A stretch of DNA of 64,000 bases from contig OX597842.1 in assembly GCA_951406725.2 (NCBI GenBank), positions 25,606,001 through 25,670,000 of the forward strand, read 5' to 3'. Position 1 is the stretch's first letter. The number at the start of each line of letters is the position of its first letter. Positions 50,335-62,048 of this stretch are shown here, piece by piece. Both the position numbers and the translations under genes were made by a program. Under the pieces are notes generated by a model that saw only the letters and a program-made list of their open reading frames with translations, was not told the origin of the DNA and made no database searches. The stretch is from Octopus vulgaris. Its lineage: Eukaryota.

Positions 50335-51240
50335 TCTCGTACCATGTGCGGGGCTTGATACTGGTAACACTCTCCTGTGAATGGTTGCAGAAGTTCCTTG
50401 TTTGACTCCTCTCTGCTACTCCTTGCTCGGCTACTTTTTGTTGTTGCAGTTGCTGCTTCTGGCGTCATCCAGCAACACGAATCTAGCACACGAGCCCAAG
50501 ACATAATGTCTACCATCGCCATAGAGTTTATGTTCGGCAGCTTTTGCAACTCGACCGACATGTGGTCAGCAAAGCCATTCACAAACGCTAACTTAACCGT
50601 TCAGTCCAGTGATTCTCCCTCATATCCCACCAGTTTAGCCAATCTTCTGAGTTCGCTCGCAAATATATCAATCTGTTCACCAGTCGACTTTGCTTTCCCC
50701 AGGCGAGCATCTGCTTCAAACATTCCTTCTGCAAAGGCTTCCAGCAAACGGATTTCTATTATTTCCACGCTAAGGCGGCAAGCTGGCAGAAACGTTAGAA
50801 CGCCAGGCAAAATGCTTAGCGGTATATCGTCCATCTTTACGTTCTGAGTTCAAATTCCACCGAGATCGACTTTGCCTTTCATCCTTTCGGGGTTGATTAA
50901 ATAAGTACCAGTTACACACTGGGGTCGATATAATTGACTTAATCCGTTTGTCTGTCCTTGTTTTGTCCTCTCTGTGTTTAGCCCCTCGTGGGTAGTAAAG
51001 AAATAGCTAAGTTGGTCCCTCTCTTCCATTTCTCAGTATAGCACCAATGCCAAACTATCTAGGTACATCGGTATAAAACTCGCTAAGTCACTTATATCTT
51101 GGAGTTTCGCAACCAACTTTATCTTTTTCAACCAAGCGACTACATCCGTGTCACTGAAAAATCCGGTTTGACCGTATCGTTTGAAATACGGACAACACTC
51201 ATTCATTTTTCTGGGGATTTTTTTTATGTTATGGGCCGAA
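50335..51240 (-). mobile_element. Degenerate LTR-retrotransposon (Gypsy-like) gag fragment interrupted by a SINE
   Basis: DVVAWLKKIKLVAKLQDISDLASFIPMYL / RLLEAF..GEQIDIFASELRRLAKLVG..VKLAFVNGF..VELQ / decayed knuckle GECYQYQAPHMVRD. Confidence 0.65.
50774..51005 (+). mobile_element. tRNA-derived Deu/Nin-like SINE with GCTAAG target-site duplication
   Basis: Homologous to 2385-2612; GCTAAG at 50769-50774 and 51006-51011. Confidence 0.85.
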
Positions 51241-52149
51241 ATAGCTTGTAGTGTGATTGAAGAAAAAAACAACAAAAATAGAAGCAAAAGGGAAAAGGAA
51301 ATAGAGAGACCTTACCTGTTGACCGAGGCGGGATGAGCGATCACTGTCAAGAATTAAACATGTCCTTCCACACTTGCCATCTCTCATCAAACTGCCCCAT
51401 GTGCTTTCTGCCTACGCATGCCCCTGTGGCCCTTCTGCTGGCCCCTGCAGTCTTCTGTTTACCTCATCTTCAATCCTCTCCACCAACACCACATAGCCCA
51501 TCACATCCCACAACACCATAAATATAAATTTGACTGAGCAGAACTACCTTTGTGTGTCTGCTGCCCTCCATTCTCAGATACGTCCTACTCAGTGCAACAA
51601 TAAGGTAGTGAGGGCCTGCATATTGTCTGTGCCAATGTGGTTCTTATTGTGTATTTAAATCTGTCATGAATTCTGATTTATCAGATATTTATTAAGCAAC
51701 ACAGCTTGTACAATTCCCAATATTCTCTCCATCAATGGGTACCCTGCATCTAACCCAGATGGATTTAAACCAATAAAACGTGGCACAGCTGGAGCAGATT
51801 GATGAATCAGAAGTTACTACAGAAGTTTAAATTTCACTTTTGCGACACCAGTTGTACAATTTTGGTATTGCAGTTTTTCTGTTCTGAATTCTTCTATTGA
51901 GCATATCGGATTTTTAGTAAGAGAGAGAAAAACATGTGAAGCAGAAAGTTGGTTCTGTTCTCACGTTTTTCCTTAGAGCCATTGCAGTAGTCCATGCTGT
52001 TTTTTGGATGGTGATTCAGATATTTGCTTTCTTGACGGAAACAGTCCAGTTGCTTCCTTTCGTTTTTGGAGAATACATGGGGTCTTCTTTGACCAATTTG
52101 TTGTCCCTTTGTTTCATTGTGCAATCCGTGTATAGAAAGTAAATTTAGA

Positions 52150-53520
52150 CATAGAAATCTACTTTTCTGCTTCTGTTTTCCTTCATTATATGAGAATGTG
52201 CTACCCATCATAACTGTGATCAGATAATGTGGTCCTTTGTGCTAACTTTGCCATTGTGGTGTTGTTTGAACTTCTTGTAGTCGTCTCTGAAACGTCGGTT
52301 TCCCCTATTGGAAAACAATTCTTAGCATTTGCTTCCTTGATGGAACCAGTCCTGCTGCCCCTTTTGGATTTTGGAGAATGCATGGATATTCCATTGATCA
52401 ATTTCTTGTCCCTTTGTTTCATCAGGCCATGTTTATATATATAGAAAGGAAATTTGGACCTAGAAATCAACTTTTCTGCTTCTGTTTTCCTTCATTATGT
52501 GAGAATGTGCTACCCATCATAACTGTGATCAGATAATGTGGGCCTTCGTGCTAACTATGCCAATGTGGTGTTGTTTGAACTTCTTGTAGTCGTCTCTGAA
52601 ACGTTGGTTTCCCCTATTGGAAAACAATTTTTAGCATTTGCTTCCTTGATGGAACCAGTCCTGCTGCCCCTTTTGGATTTCGGAGAATGCATGGATATTC
52701 CATTGATCAATTTGTTGTCCCTTTGTTTCATAGGGCCATGTTTATATATAAAAAAGGAAATTTGGACCTAGAAATCAACTTTTCTGCTTCTGTTTTCCTT
52801 CATTATGTGAGAATGTGGTACCCATCATAACTGTGATCAGATAATATGGGCCTTTGTTCTAACTTTGCCATTGTGGTGTTGTTTGAACTTCTTGTAGTCG
52901 TCTCTGAAACGTCGGTTTCCCCTATTGGAAAACAATTTTTAGCATTTGCTTCCTTGATGGAACCAGTCCTGCTGCCTCTTTTGGATTTTGGAGAATGCAT
53001 GGATATCCCATTGAGCAATTTGTTGTCCCTTTGTTTGATCGGGCCATGTTTTTATATATAGAAAGGAAATTTGGACCAAGAAATCAACTTATCTGCTTCT
53101 GTTTTCCTTCATTATGTGAGAATGTACTACCCATCATAACTGTGATCAGATAATGTGGGCCTTTGTTCTAACTTTGCCATTGTGGTGTTGTTTGAACTTC
53201 TTGTAGTCGTCTCTGAAACGTCGGTTTCCCCTATTGGAAAACAATTTTTAGCATTTGCTTCCTTGATGGAACCAGTCCCGCTGCCTCTTTTGCATTTTGG
53301 AGAATGCATGGATATTCCATTGATCAATTTGTTGTCCCTTTGTTTCATAGGGCCATGTTTATATATATAGAAAGGAAATTTGGACGTAGAAATCAACTTT
53401 TCTGCTTCTATTTTCCTTCATTATATGAGAATGTGCTACCCATCATAACTGAGATCAGATAATGTGGGCCTTTCTGCTAACTTTGCCATTGTGGTGTTGT
53501 TTGAACTTCTTGTAGTTGTA
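52150..53520. repeat. 309-bp satellite, about 4.5 tandem units
   Basis: Unit starts recur at about 52201, 52510, 52819, 53127 and 53436. Confidence 0.92.
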
Positions 53521-53795
53521 TCTTCTTGTGTTCAGGAAACGTGGGCCTTTCTGCTAACTTTCCCAAAGTGTCTCAGGTGGTGTAGTTTGAATATCTGTTT
53601 TGGTTTCTGGAACATCTGATTCCGTAATTACAAAATGGTTTATACCATTTCCTTGATGTCCTAGAAATCATGGAGTACCCAGCTTCCATTTGAAACATCT
53701 GATATGGATACGATCCATATAAATTTGACTAAAGTATTGACAACTTTTCAGTGGGTTCATTTTTCTGAATGCCATCAGGAACCATTTATATGGAA

Positions 53796-54306
53796 CTTGC
53801 AGTATCGCCCGGCGTTGCTCGGGTTTGTAAGGGAAATAACTATATAAGCATTTTTAGAGAGTTACTTCGCTTATAGATGCCAATTCGGGCTTTCTGAGCC
53901 ATTTCTGTTTTGGTGTCTTCAAGCCATGAAGTCGTTGTTCTAAAAGAACGCTGGTCTCCTTGACAATGCTTTACGACGTTGATTTCCTTACACTACCTTC
54001 CCCACTGCTTCACGAGGGAGGGAAGAAGGGGAGAAGCAACACAGGTGCAGGTGTGACCATGGACGCCAACTCCGCCGCCATCAACACACGAAAAATTATG
54101 CATTAAAATGGAATAAAAAAATTTTAAATTATTTTTTAAATCGTAGATTCATCGTAGACGTGCACTAATAACCAGACGGGCTCGATATGAATCACGACTA
54201 TAAGATACCCAATTTGGTTAAACTGCACTGCAAAATGTGGGAGTAGTTAGGAATCTAAATCGAAGGGGACAGACACTCACACAACTACAGTTTTATATAT
54301 ATGGAA
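53796..54306 (-). mobile_element. Helitron family A, duplicate of 26458-26971 with identical flanks
   Basis: Same CTTG start and the same left and right flanking sequence, so it is a segmental duplicate. Confidence 0.8.
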
Positions 54307-54727
54307 TTTACAGAGTATCTAAATCACATCATATGCCATTGTCCCCTGTGTCTTGTTTTGAAGTTTGATATTTCAAGAGATGAGCAAAATTCATGTCTGC
54401 TACACGTTTATTTTCCTGTTTCGGTTACTACGAAATTTTGAATGGAGAAGTCTACCTTGGTGTCTGTTACCCTTCACTGTTGCTACTGTGTTGCAGTAAT
54501 GAGGGCCTGCACACTAACTGTGCCAGCGTGGCACATGTGACAGTTTGAACTTCTGTAATTACTGCAGCCTTATTAGCCCTTACTTTCGCAACACATGTTG
54601 CATAAATTCCTCAATGTCCTTGGAATGAATGCTTACAAATCCTCCATTAGGAATACCCTACATGGATACAACCTAAAAAACCTGACAAAAGGATTGGCAA
54701 ACTTGCAGTAGGTTCCATTTTCTGCTT

Positions 54728-55093
54728 GAAAAGTTAAAGGTAATAATATTGACCATTATCAAGGGGCTTCAGATTTAAGGGATGGGGTGGGACGTAAAAA
54801 GCACCATCCGTTCGTGGCCGTTGCCAGCCTCGCCCCGTGCCGGTGACACGTAAAAAGCACCGTCTGTCCGTGGACGTTTGCCAGCTCCGTCTGGCACATG
54901 TGCGGGTGGCACGTAAAAAGCACCCACTACACTCTCAGAGTGGTTGGCATTAGGAAGGGCATCCAGCCATAGAAACACTGCCAGATCAGACTGGAGCCTG
55001 GTGCAGCCTCCTGGCTTCACAGACCCCAGTTGAACCGTCCAACCCATGCTAGCATGGGAAGCGGACGCTAAATAATGATGATGATGATGATGA
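54728..55093 (+). mobile_element. Meta-like SINE insertion (with extra 5' sequence) absent from the paralog at about 27392
   Basis: Paralog reads TTCTGCTTTTATTCAGGAACC. Here the SINE body and (GAT)n tail separate TTCTGCTT from ATTCAGGAACC. Confidence 0.75.
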
Positions 55094-55297
55094 TTCAGGA
55101 ACCGTTTATATGGAATTTGCAGAGAATCTGAGCTTCGTCAGTCTCTATCGTTATATTTGTTCATTTCATTCTTTGCAATTTGGAGCTTTTGGTTGAGTTT
55201 TGGTTTGACTCCATTTCGTTTTGGTGGCTTCCATTACAGCCATTGCTTGTTTAATTGCTATTTTCAAAGATGCTAATAAGGTAACGAGTGTTTGCAC

Positions 55298-56627
55298 ACT
55301 ACCTGTGCCAATGTGGCTCAGGTGGGGTAGTTTGAAATTCTGTAGTGACTTCTGATTCATCAGAATCTAATTTAGGGAACTATCTTTGGGAGACTACAGC
55401 CCTTTATTCTCTGGGTGTCCTGCCCTACACAACAGTTATAAGGGAATGAAGCCTGCACACTGACTGTGCCAATGTGGCTCAGGTGGGGTAGTTTGAAATT
55501 CTGTAGTGACTTCTGATTCATTAGAATCTAATTTAGGGAACTATCTTTGGGAGACTACAGCCCTTTATTCTCTGGGTGTCCTGCCCTGCACAACAGGTAC
55601 AAGGGAATGAAGCCTGCACACTGACTGTGCCAATGTGGCTCAGGTGGTGTAGTTTGAAATTCTGTAGGTACTTCTGATTCATCAGAATCTAATTTAGGGA
55701 ACTCTCTTTGGGAGACTACCGCCCTTTATTCTCTGGGTGTCCTGCCCTACACAACAGTTATAAGGGAATGAAGCCTGCACTCTGACTGTGCCAATGTGGC
55801 TCAGGTGGGGTAGTTTGAAATTCTGTAGTGACTTCTGATTCATTAAAATCTAATTTAGGGAACTATCTTTGGGAGACTACAGCCCTTTATTCTCTGGGTG
55901 TCCTGCCCTGCACAACAGGTACAAGGGAATGAAGCCTGCACACTGACTGTGCCAATGTGGCTCAGGTGGGGTAGTTTGAAATTCTGTAGTGACTTCTGAT
56001 TCATCAGAATCTAATTTAGGGAACTATCTTTGGGAGACTACAGCCCTCTATTCTCTGGTTGTCCTGCCCTACACAACAGTTATAAGGGAATGAAGCCTGC
56101 ACACTGACTGTGCCAATGGGGCTCAGGTGGTGTAGTTTGAAATTCTGTAGGTACTTCTGATTCATCAGAATCTAATTTAGGGAACTATCTTTGGGAGACT
56201 ACAGCCCTTTATTCTCTGGGTGTCCTGCCCTACACAACAGTTACGAGGGAATGAAGCCTGCACACTGACTGTGCCAATGTGGCTCAGGTGGTGTAGTTTG
56301 AAATTCTGTAGTGACTTCTGATTCATCAGAATCTAATTTAGGGAACTATCTTTGGGAGACTACAGCCCTTTATTCTCTGGGTGTCCTGCCCTACACAACA
56401 GTTACGAGGGAATGAAGCCTGCACACTGACTGTGCCAATGTGGATCAGGTGGGGTAGTTTGAAATTCTGTAGTGACTTCTGATTCATCAGAATCTAATTT
56501 AGGGAACTATCTTTGGGAGACTACAGCCCTTTATTCTCTAGGTGTCCTGCCCTGCACAACAGGTACAAGGGAATGAAGCCTGCACACTGACTGTGCCAAT
56601 GTGGCTCAGGTGGTGTAGTTTGAAATT
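55298..56627. repeat. 161-bp satellite, about 8 copies
   Basis: Same unit and the same exit junction (GAAATTCAGCACAAGTGTTCAGG) as 28035-29357. Confidence 0.93.
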
Positions 56628-57222
56628 CAGCACAAGTGTTCAGGTAATGTGGGCCTTTGTGCTAACTTTGTCATTGTGGCGTTGTTTGAACTTCTTGTAG
56701 TTGTCTCTGAAACGTCGGTTTCCCCTATTGCAAAACAATTTTTAGCATTTGCTTTCTTAATGGAACCAGTCCTGCTGCCTCTTTTGGATTTTGGAGAATG
56801 CATGGATATTCCATTGACCAAATTGTTGTCCCTTTGTTTCATATTGCAATTTGTATAAAGAAAGGAAATTTAGACATATAAATCTAGTTTTCTGTATTCC
56901 TTCATTATATGAGAATGTTCTACCCATCAAAACAGTGATCAGATAATGTGGGCCTTTGTGCTAACTTTGCTTTTGTGGTGTTTGAACTTGTAGTACTTTC
57001 AGATACATCTATTTCTACTATTGCAAAGAATTTTTAGCATTTGCATTCTTAATGGAAGCAGTCCTGCTGCCGTTTTTTACATTTTGTAGAATACATGGAT
57101 TTTTCCATTGACCAATTAGTTGTCCCTTTGTTTCATAGGGACATGTTTATATATATAGAAAGGAAATTTGGACATAGAAATCTACTTTGCTGCCTCTGTT
57201 TTCCTTCATTATATGAGAATGT

Positions 57223-59498
57223 GCTATATTGAAGAGGATCAGTGAAAGCGCGTCCCCCTGTCTAACACCTCGACGAATCTCTATGCGTTCACTAACTTGT
57301 CCACCGACTGAGAATCTGATAGTACTGCCTTCATAGATCCCCTCCACAAGTGCTATAACGTGCTCATGGAACCCAAGTCTCTACAGTCCCTCATACCCCA
57401 ACGAGTGCAAGACTGTATCGAAGGCCTTGGAGAGATCCAAAAAGGCAACCTCCAGCCGCGGTATTCTCAGTCGTGCTGGCCTCCCCATAGCGCGACTAAC
57501 AAGCTGCTGAAGGAGAAATGAATTCTCACTGCAGCCATCAACGCGGATAAAGCCTCTTTAGCTTGGATTAAGAGGAGTTACCTGAAGCATGCGTTTGGCG
57601 ACCATTTTAGAGATTAAACGATGCACAGCAGAACATATCGTAATTGGTCGCCAATTTGCAAGATCGTATGGGTGGTCCGATCTCTTGGGTATGAGAATCG
57701 ACTTCCCCCTCTTCAGGATCTCGGGTACTTTACCCGCCAGCAACATGCAGTTGCATATATTAGTTAGAACAGCTGGGTCCATCGCTTTAATTTCACCTAT
57801 AGTGATACCGTCTGGACCCGCCGCTGAGGAGATCTTCATCTGACGTCTACTTACCTTAATCTCCCCCACGGAGAACGGACTCAAGATGGAGTCGTTCTCA
57901 ACCTGGGAGGAGGAGGGGTAGTTCTTCAGATCTACCTCAGGGCCTGGAGCGGAAAGCCTGCCCTTATAAAATTCCTCTATTGAATAGATTGGAATAGGGC
58001 ATTCCCGCTCCCTGTTTTCACCTAACACAACTGCAAGGAGCTTCTTCCTATTCTTTCTAAATAAATCTTGATGTCGGGCATAAGCTTGACGCTTATCCCG
58101 ATGCCTAGGCTTAATGTTACTCTTGTTCGGTGTGTTCCTATCGCTAGCTAAATTTCTCCTGTTGTTGGTAACTACCCTACGCGATTTATAATGCTCCACC
58201 CAGTCCTCTATAGTTTTCTCAAATGAGCCCCAAGCAATCGCTGTCCCGTCTTCCACGAGTTCCAAAAGGGCCTCGGAGAGGACTGCAGACCAGCGGGTAT
58301 GCCCGGGGCATGCAGAATCGAGGAAGGGGTACCTCCAGTCAAAACTAGACTGGGGTTCTCCCCCGATTTGTGATTGGGAGTTGGTCGTGGACTGTTCTGT
58401 CCCTTGATGACTCTTGCGAGCCCTTTTGGCCAGATCAGCCCTTTTCGATCCCACCTGTTTGGCTGTTTTGCCCGCTAGGAATTGTGCAATGGCAGCATTG
58501 ATCTGCTTTACCCCTGTCTTCTTCAGCTCAGACTCCTTTTCAACGAGGACCGCTACTTCCTCTTCGGACCAACAGCCCCTGCGTCTTTGGCCAAAAGCCT
58601 CAGCAGCGGCTGGCCGATCGGCACATTTCTTTGTAATTTCTTCAAGGCGAGCAGCAATCCTGCGGGCATTCGCCTCAACAGGATGCTTATGCTGCGATCG
58701 ACCTACAGCCGTCAAAAAAGAACGGCTGCAGTGGTCACAATCAAAGGAGGCTAGAGCCGGACTAGGGGCAGGTGCTCTAAATGCACTGCCATCACATCTA
58801 CCAGCGTGACACCTCAAAGAATGGAGGTGACCGCTTTCCCTATCACATTTGATGCATCTGTAGACAGGTCTAATACCATGTCTACAGATAACATGCTACC
58901 CCCATGAATGGGGGAGGAGAAGTGCAGAGGACATAGCGGGCAGGCTATGGAGCAAGACGCACAGGGAATTGCAAGTGAGAATTCTCTACCACCTGGAGTG
59001 GGGCTTGATACCCCCACTACCTCCTCTCGATCCATTTCTAAATTAAGAGAATGAATGGGGAGGTCCCTAGCATCACCCTCTCTGTCCGTCTCTAACGAAA
59101 ACCGGACTTCATCGATGGGGTCATGTGCTAGGTCCAGTGGGAGTTGTTCTCCTCTCACTATCAGGGAATGTTCTTTGTATTCTAGTCTAAATATGTTTAC
59201 TCTATTTCTGTAATACTTCAGTGTCGGACGCAAAGTTAAGCGCCCGACACTGGTCCTGTCGATGCCTATTGAGCCACTTGGACTTACTTGCACCGGAGAT
59301 GACTCGTTGTCCCGTGCAAGGGAGGGTAGTCCTTCGGCCGACCGCATTTGGTTAATGCCGTCAGCCTGATGTGTGGGCCCCATCCCGGACTCACAGGCCA
59401 CCAGTTTGGCGGCGCCTGGCTGCCGTATGTTTCTAAACTTATTAGTTAGCATCACTATTCTTAGCGGCATTTTACTAGGGATCCTAGCCGAAACGATA
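57223..59498 (-). mobile_element. R2 copy 5 (5'- and 3'-truncated)
   Basis: ORFs 58814-59509, 57558-58817 (419 aa, ZF-Myb-RT0/1/2) and 57147-57347. Confidence 0.92.
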
Positions 59499-59531
<33 letters not shown>

Positions 59532-59553
59532 TGCTTGGTTGAATTTCTTCACT

Positions 59554-59585
<32 letters not shown>

Positions 59586-59685
59586 CGCGTCTGTGCGGCT
59601 TGGCCGGCTACGCGATGCTCTGTTTTAATTACTGTCGGATTCCCCCGGTCCGTACCAGTTCCGAGTCGACCGTTCACCGCCGGCC
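59499..59685 (-). rRNA. Orphan 28S rRNA fragment (unit 5, best preserved)
   Basis: AAGAGAGTCATAGTTACTCCCGCCGTTTACCC...GTCGGATTCCCCCGGTCCGTACCAGTTCCGAGTCGACCGTTCACCGCCGGCC on the plus strand. Confidence 0.93.
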
Positions 59686-60188
59686 TAACGCCTGCCTGTC
59701 TACGCTGTCAAATGCTTTTTCAAAGTCAACAAAGCACACACATAGTGGCCTTTGCCATTCCATTGTCTGCTCCACGATGACTCTGAGTGTCACAATCTTA
59801 TCCGTGCATGATCTCTCCTTTCCGAGACCTGCCTGATCATCTCTGAGTGACTTGTCAATGGTATCTTTCAATTGCTCCAGGATGAATCTTGTAAGGACTT
59901 TGCTTGGAATGGAAAGCAAGGTAATTCCTCTCCATTTCCACTTTGTGATAAAATCCCCACTCTTCGGCAGCTTCACCGAAAGACCCTTCTTCCAGTCGTT
60001 TGGGATCTTCTCTGTCCTCCCTACCAAGTTCAGCACATGGAGCATGTAATTCGTTTTGAATGTTGGTATTCACAAGAGAAATTCTTTGCCTGCGTGCTTC
60101 ACCCATTTTCCAATCTCTCTTGTTTTATAATGTTTTGTTTTGAAGTCTTTCATTGCAAAAATTGCTGTTTTCAAAAAAATTTCTTTGA
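59686..60188 (-). mobile_element. RTE-clade RT fragment (unit 5)
   Basis: ORF 59674-60045. Confidence 0.88.
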
Positions 60189-62048
60189 GGAAATTGTGAC
60201 ATTTGTGTCTGGATTTTTCTTATCAATATTTTTGCACTCAAATTGTTTCTGAAGATGAGAAAGGATCTTCTTTGACCAGTTCATCTCTTCATTTCATGCT
60301 GCTGTCTAAATATAAATACAAATTTGACTGTGCAGAACTACCTTTGTGTGTCTGCTGCCCTCCATTCTCACATATGTCCTACTCGGTGCAAGAATAAGGT
60401 AGTGAGGGCCTGCATATTGTCTGTGCCAATGTGGTTCTTATTGTGTATTTCAATCTGTCGTGAATTCTGATTTATCAGATAGTTCTTAAGCAACACAGCT
60501 TGTACAATTCCCAATATTCTCTCCATCAATGGGTACCCTGCATCTAACCCAGATGGATTTAAACCAATAAAACATGGCACAGCTGGAGCAGATTGATGAA
60601 TCAGAAGTTACTACAGAAGTTTAAATTTCACTTTTGCGACACCAGTTGTACTGAAACAAGGAGGAATTGTACGTTTCCTCTTTTGGTATTGCAGTTTATC
60701 TGTTCTGAATTCTTCTATTGAGCATATCGGATCTTTACTAAGAGAGAGAGAAAAACATGTGAAGCAGAAAGTTGGTTCTGTTCTGACGTTTTTCCTTAGA
60801 GCCATTGCAGTAGTTCATGCTGTTTTTTGGATGGTGATTCAGATATTTGCTTTCTTTATGGAAACAGTCCAGTTGCTTCCTTTCGTTTTTGGAGAATACA
60901 TGGGGGTCTTCTTTGACCAATTTGTTGTCCCTTTGTTTCATATTGCAATTTGTATAAAGAAAGGAAATTTGGACATAGAAATCTACTTTTCTGCTTCTGT
61001 TGCCCAACATTATGAGACAATGTGCTACCCATCACAACAGTGTTCAGGTAATGTGGGCTTTTGTGCTAACTTTGTCATTGTGGTGTAGTTAGAATTTCTG
61101 GTGTGGTTTCAGATATATGGAATTCCACTTCTGGAGAAAAATGTTTAGCATTTGCTTCCTTGATGGAAACAATCCTGCTGCCCCTTTTGGATTTTGGAGA
61201 ATGCATGGATATTCCATTGATCAATTTGTTGTCCCTTTGTTTCATCGGGCCATGTTTATATATATAGAAAGGAAATTTGGACGTAGAAATCTACTTTTCT
61301 GCTACTGTTTTCCTTCATTATGTGAGAATGTGCTACCCATCATAACTGTGATCAGATAATGTGTGCCTTTGTGCTAACCTTGCCATTGTGGTGTTGTTTG
61401 AACTTCTTGTAGTCGTCTCTGAAACGTCGGTTTCCCCTATTGGAAAACAATTTTTAGCATTTGCTTCCTTGATGGAACCAGTCCTGCTTCCTCTTTTGGA
61501 TTTTGGAGAATGCATGGATATTCCATTGATCAATTTGTTGTCCCTTTGTTTCATCGGGCCATGTTTATATATATAGAAAGGAAATTTGGACCTAGAAATC
61601 AACTTTTCTGCTTCTGTTGCCCTTCATTATATGAGAATGTGCTACCCATCATAACTGTGATCAGATAATGTGGGCCTTTGTGCTAACTTTGCCATTGTGG
61701 TGTTGTTTGAACTTCGTGTAGTTGTCTCCGTATCGTCTGATTCCCCTATTGCAAAACAATTTGTAGCATTTGCTTTCCTGATGGAAACAGTTCTGCTGCC
61801 TCTTATGGATTTTGGAGAATGCATGTTTCAGATACGTCTATTTCCACTATTGTAAAGCAGTTTTTAGCATTTGCTTTCATAATTGAAGCAGTCCTGCTGC
61901 CTTTTTTGACATTTTGTAGAATACATGGATTTTCCATTGAGCAATTTGTTGTCCCTTTGTTTCATAGGGCCATGTGTATATAGAAAGGAATTTCTGGACA
62001 TAGAAATCTACTTTGCAGCCTCTATTTTCCTTTATCATGTGAGAATGT

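Noticed and set aside
31922-59685. Functional rDNA locus
   Set aside because: Only 150-190 bp of 28S per unit, with substitutions and deletions; no other rRNA parts.
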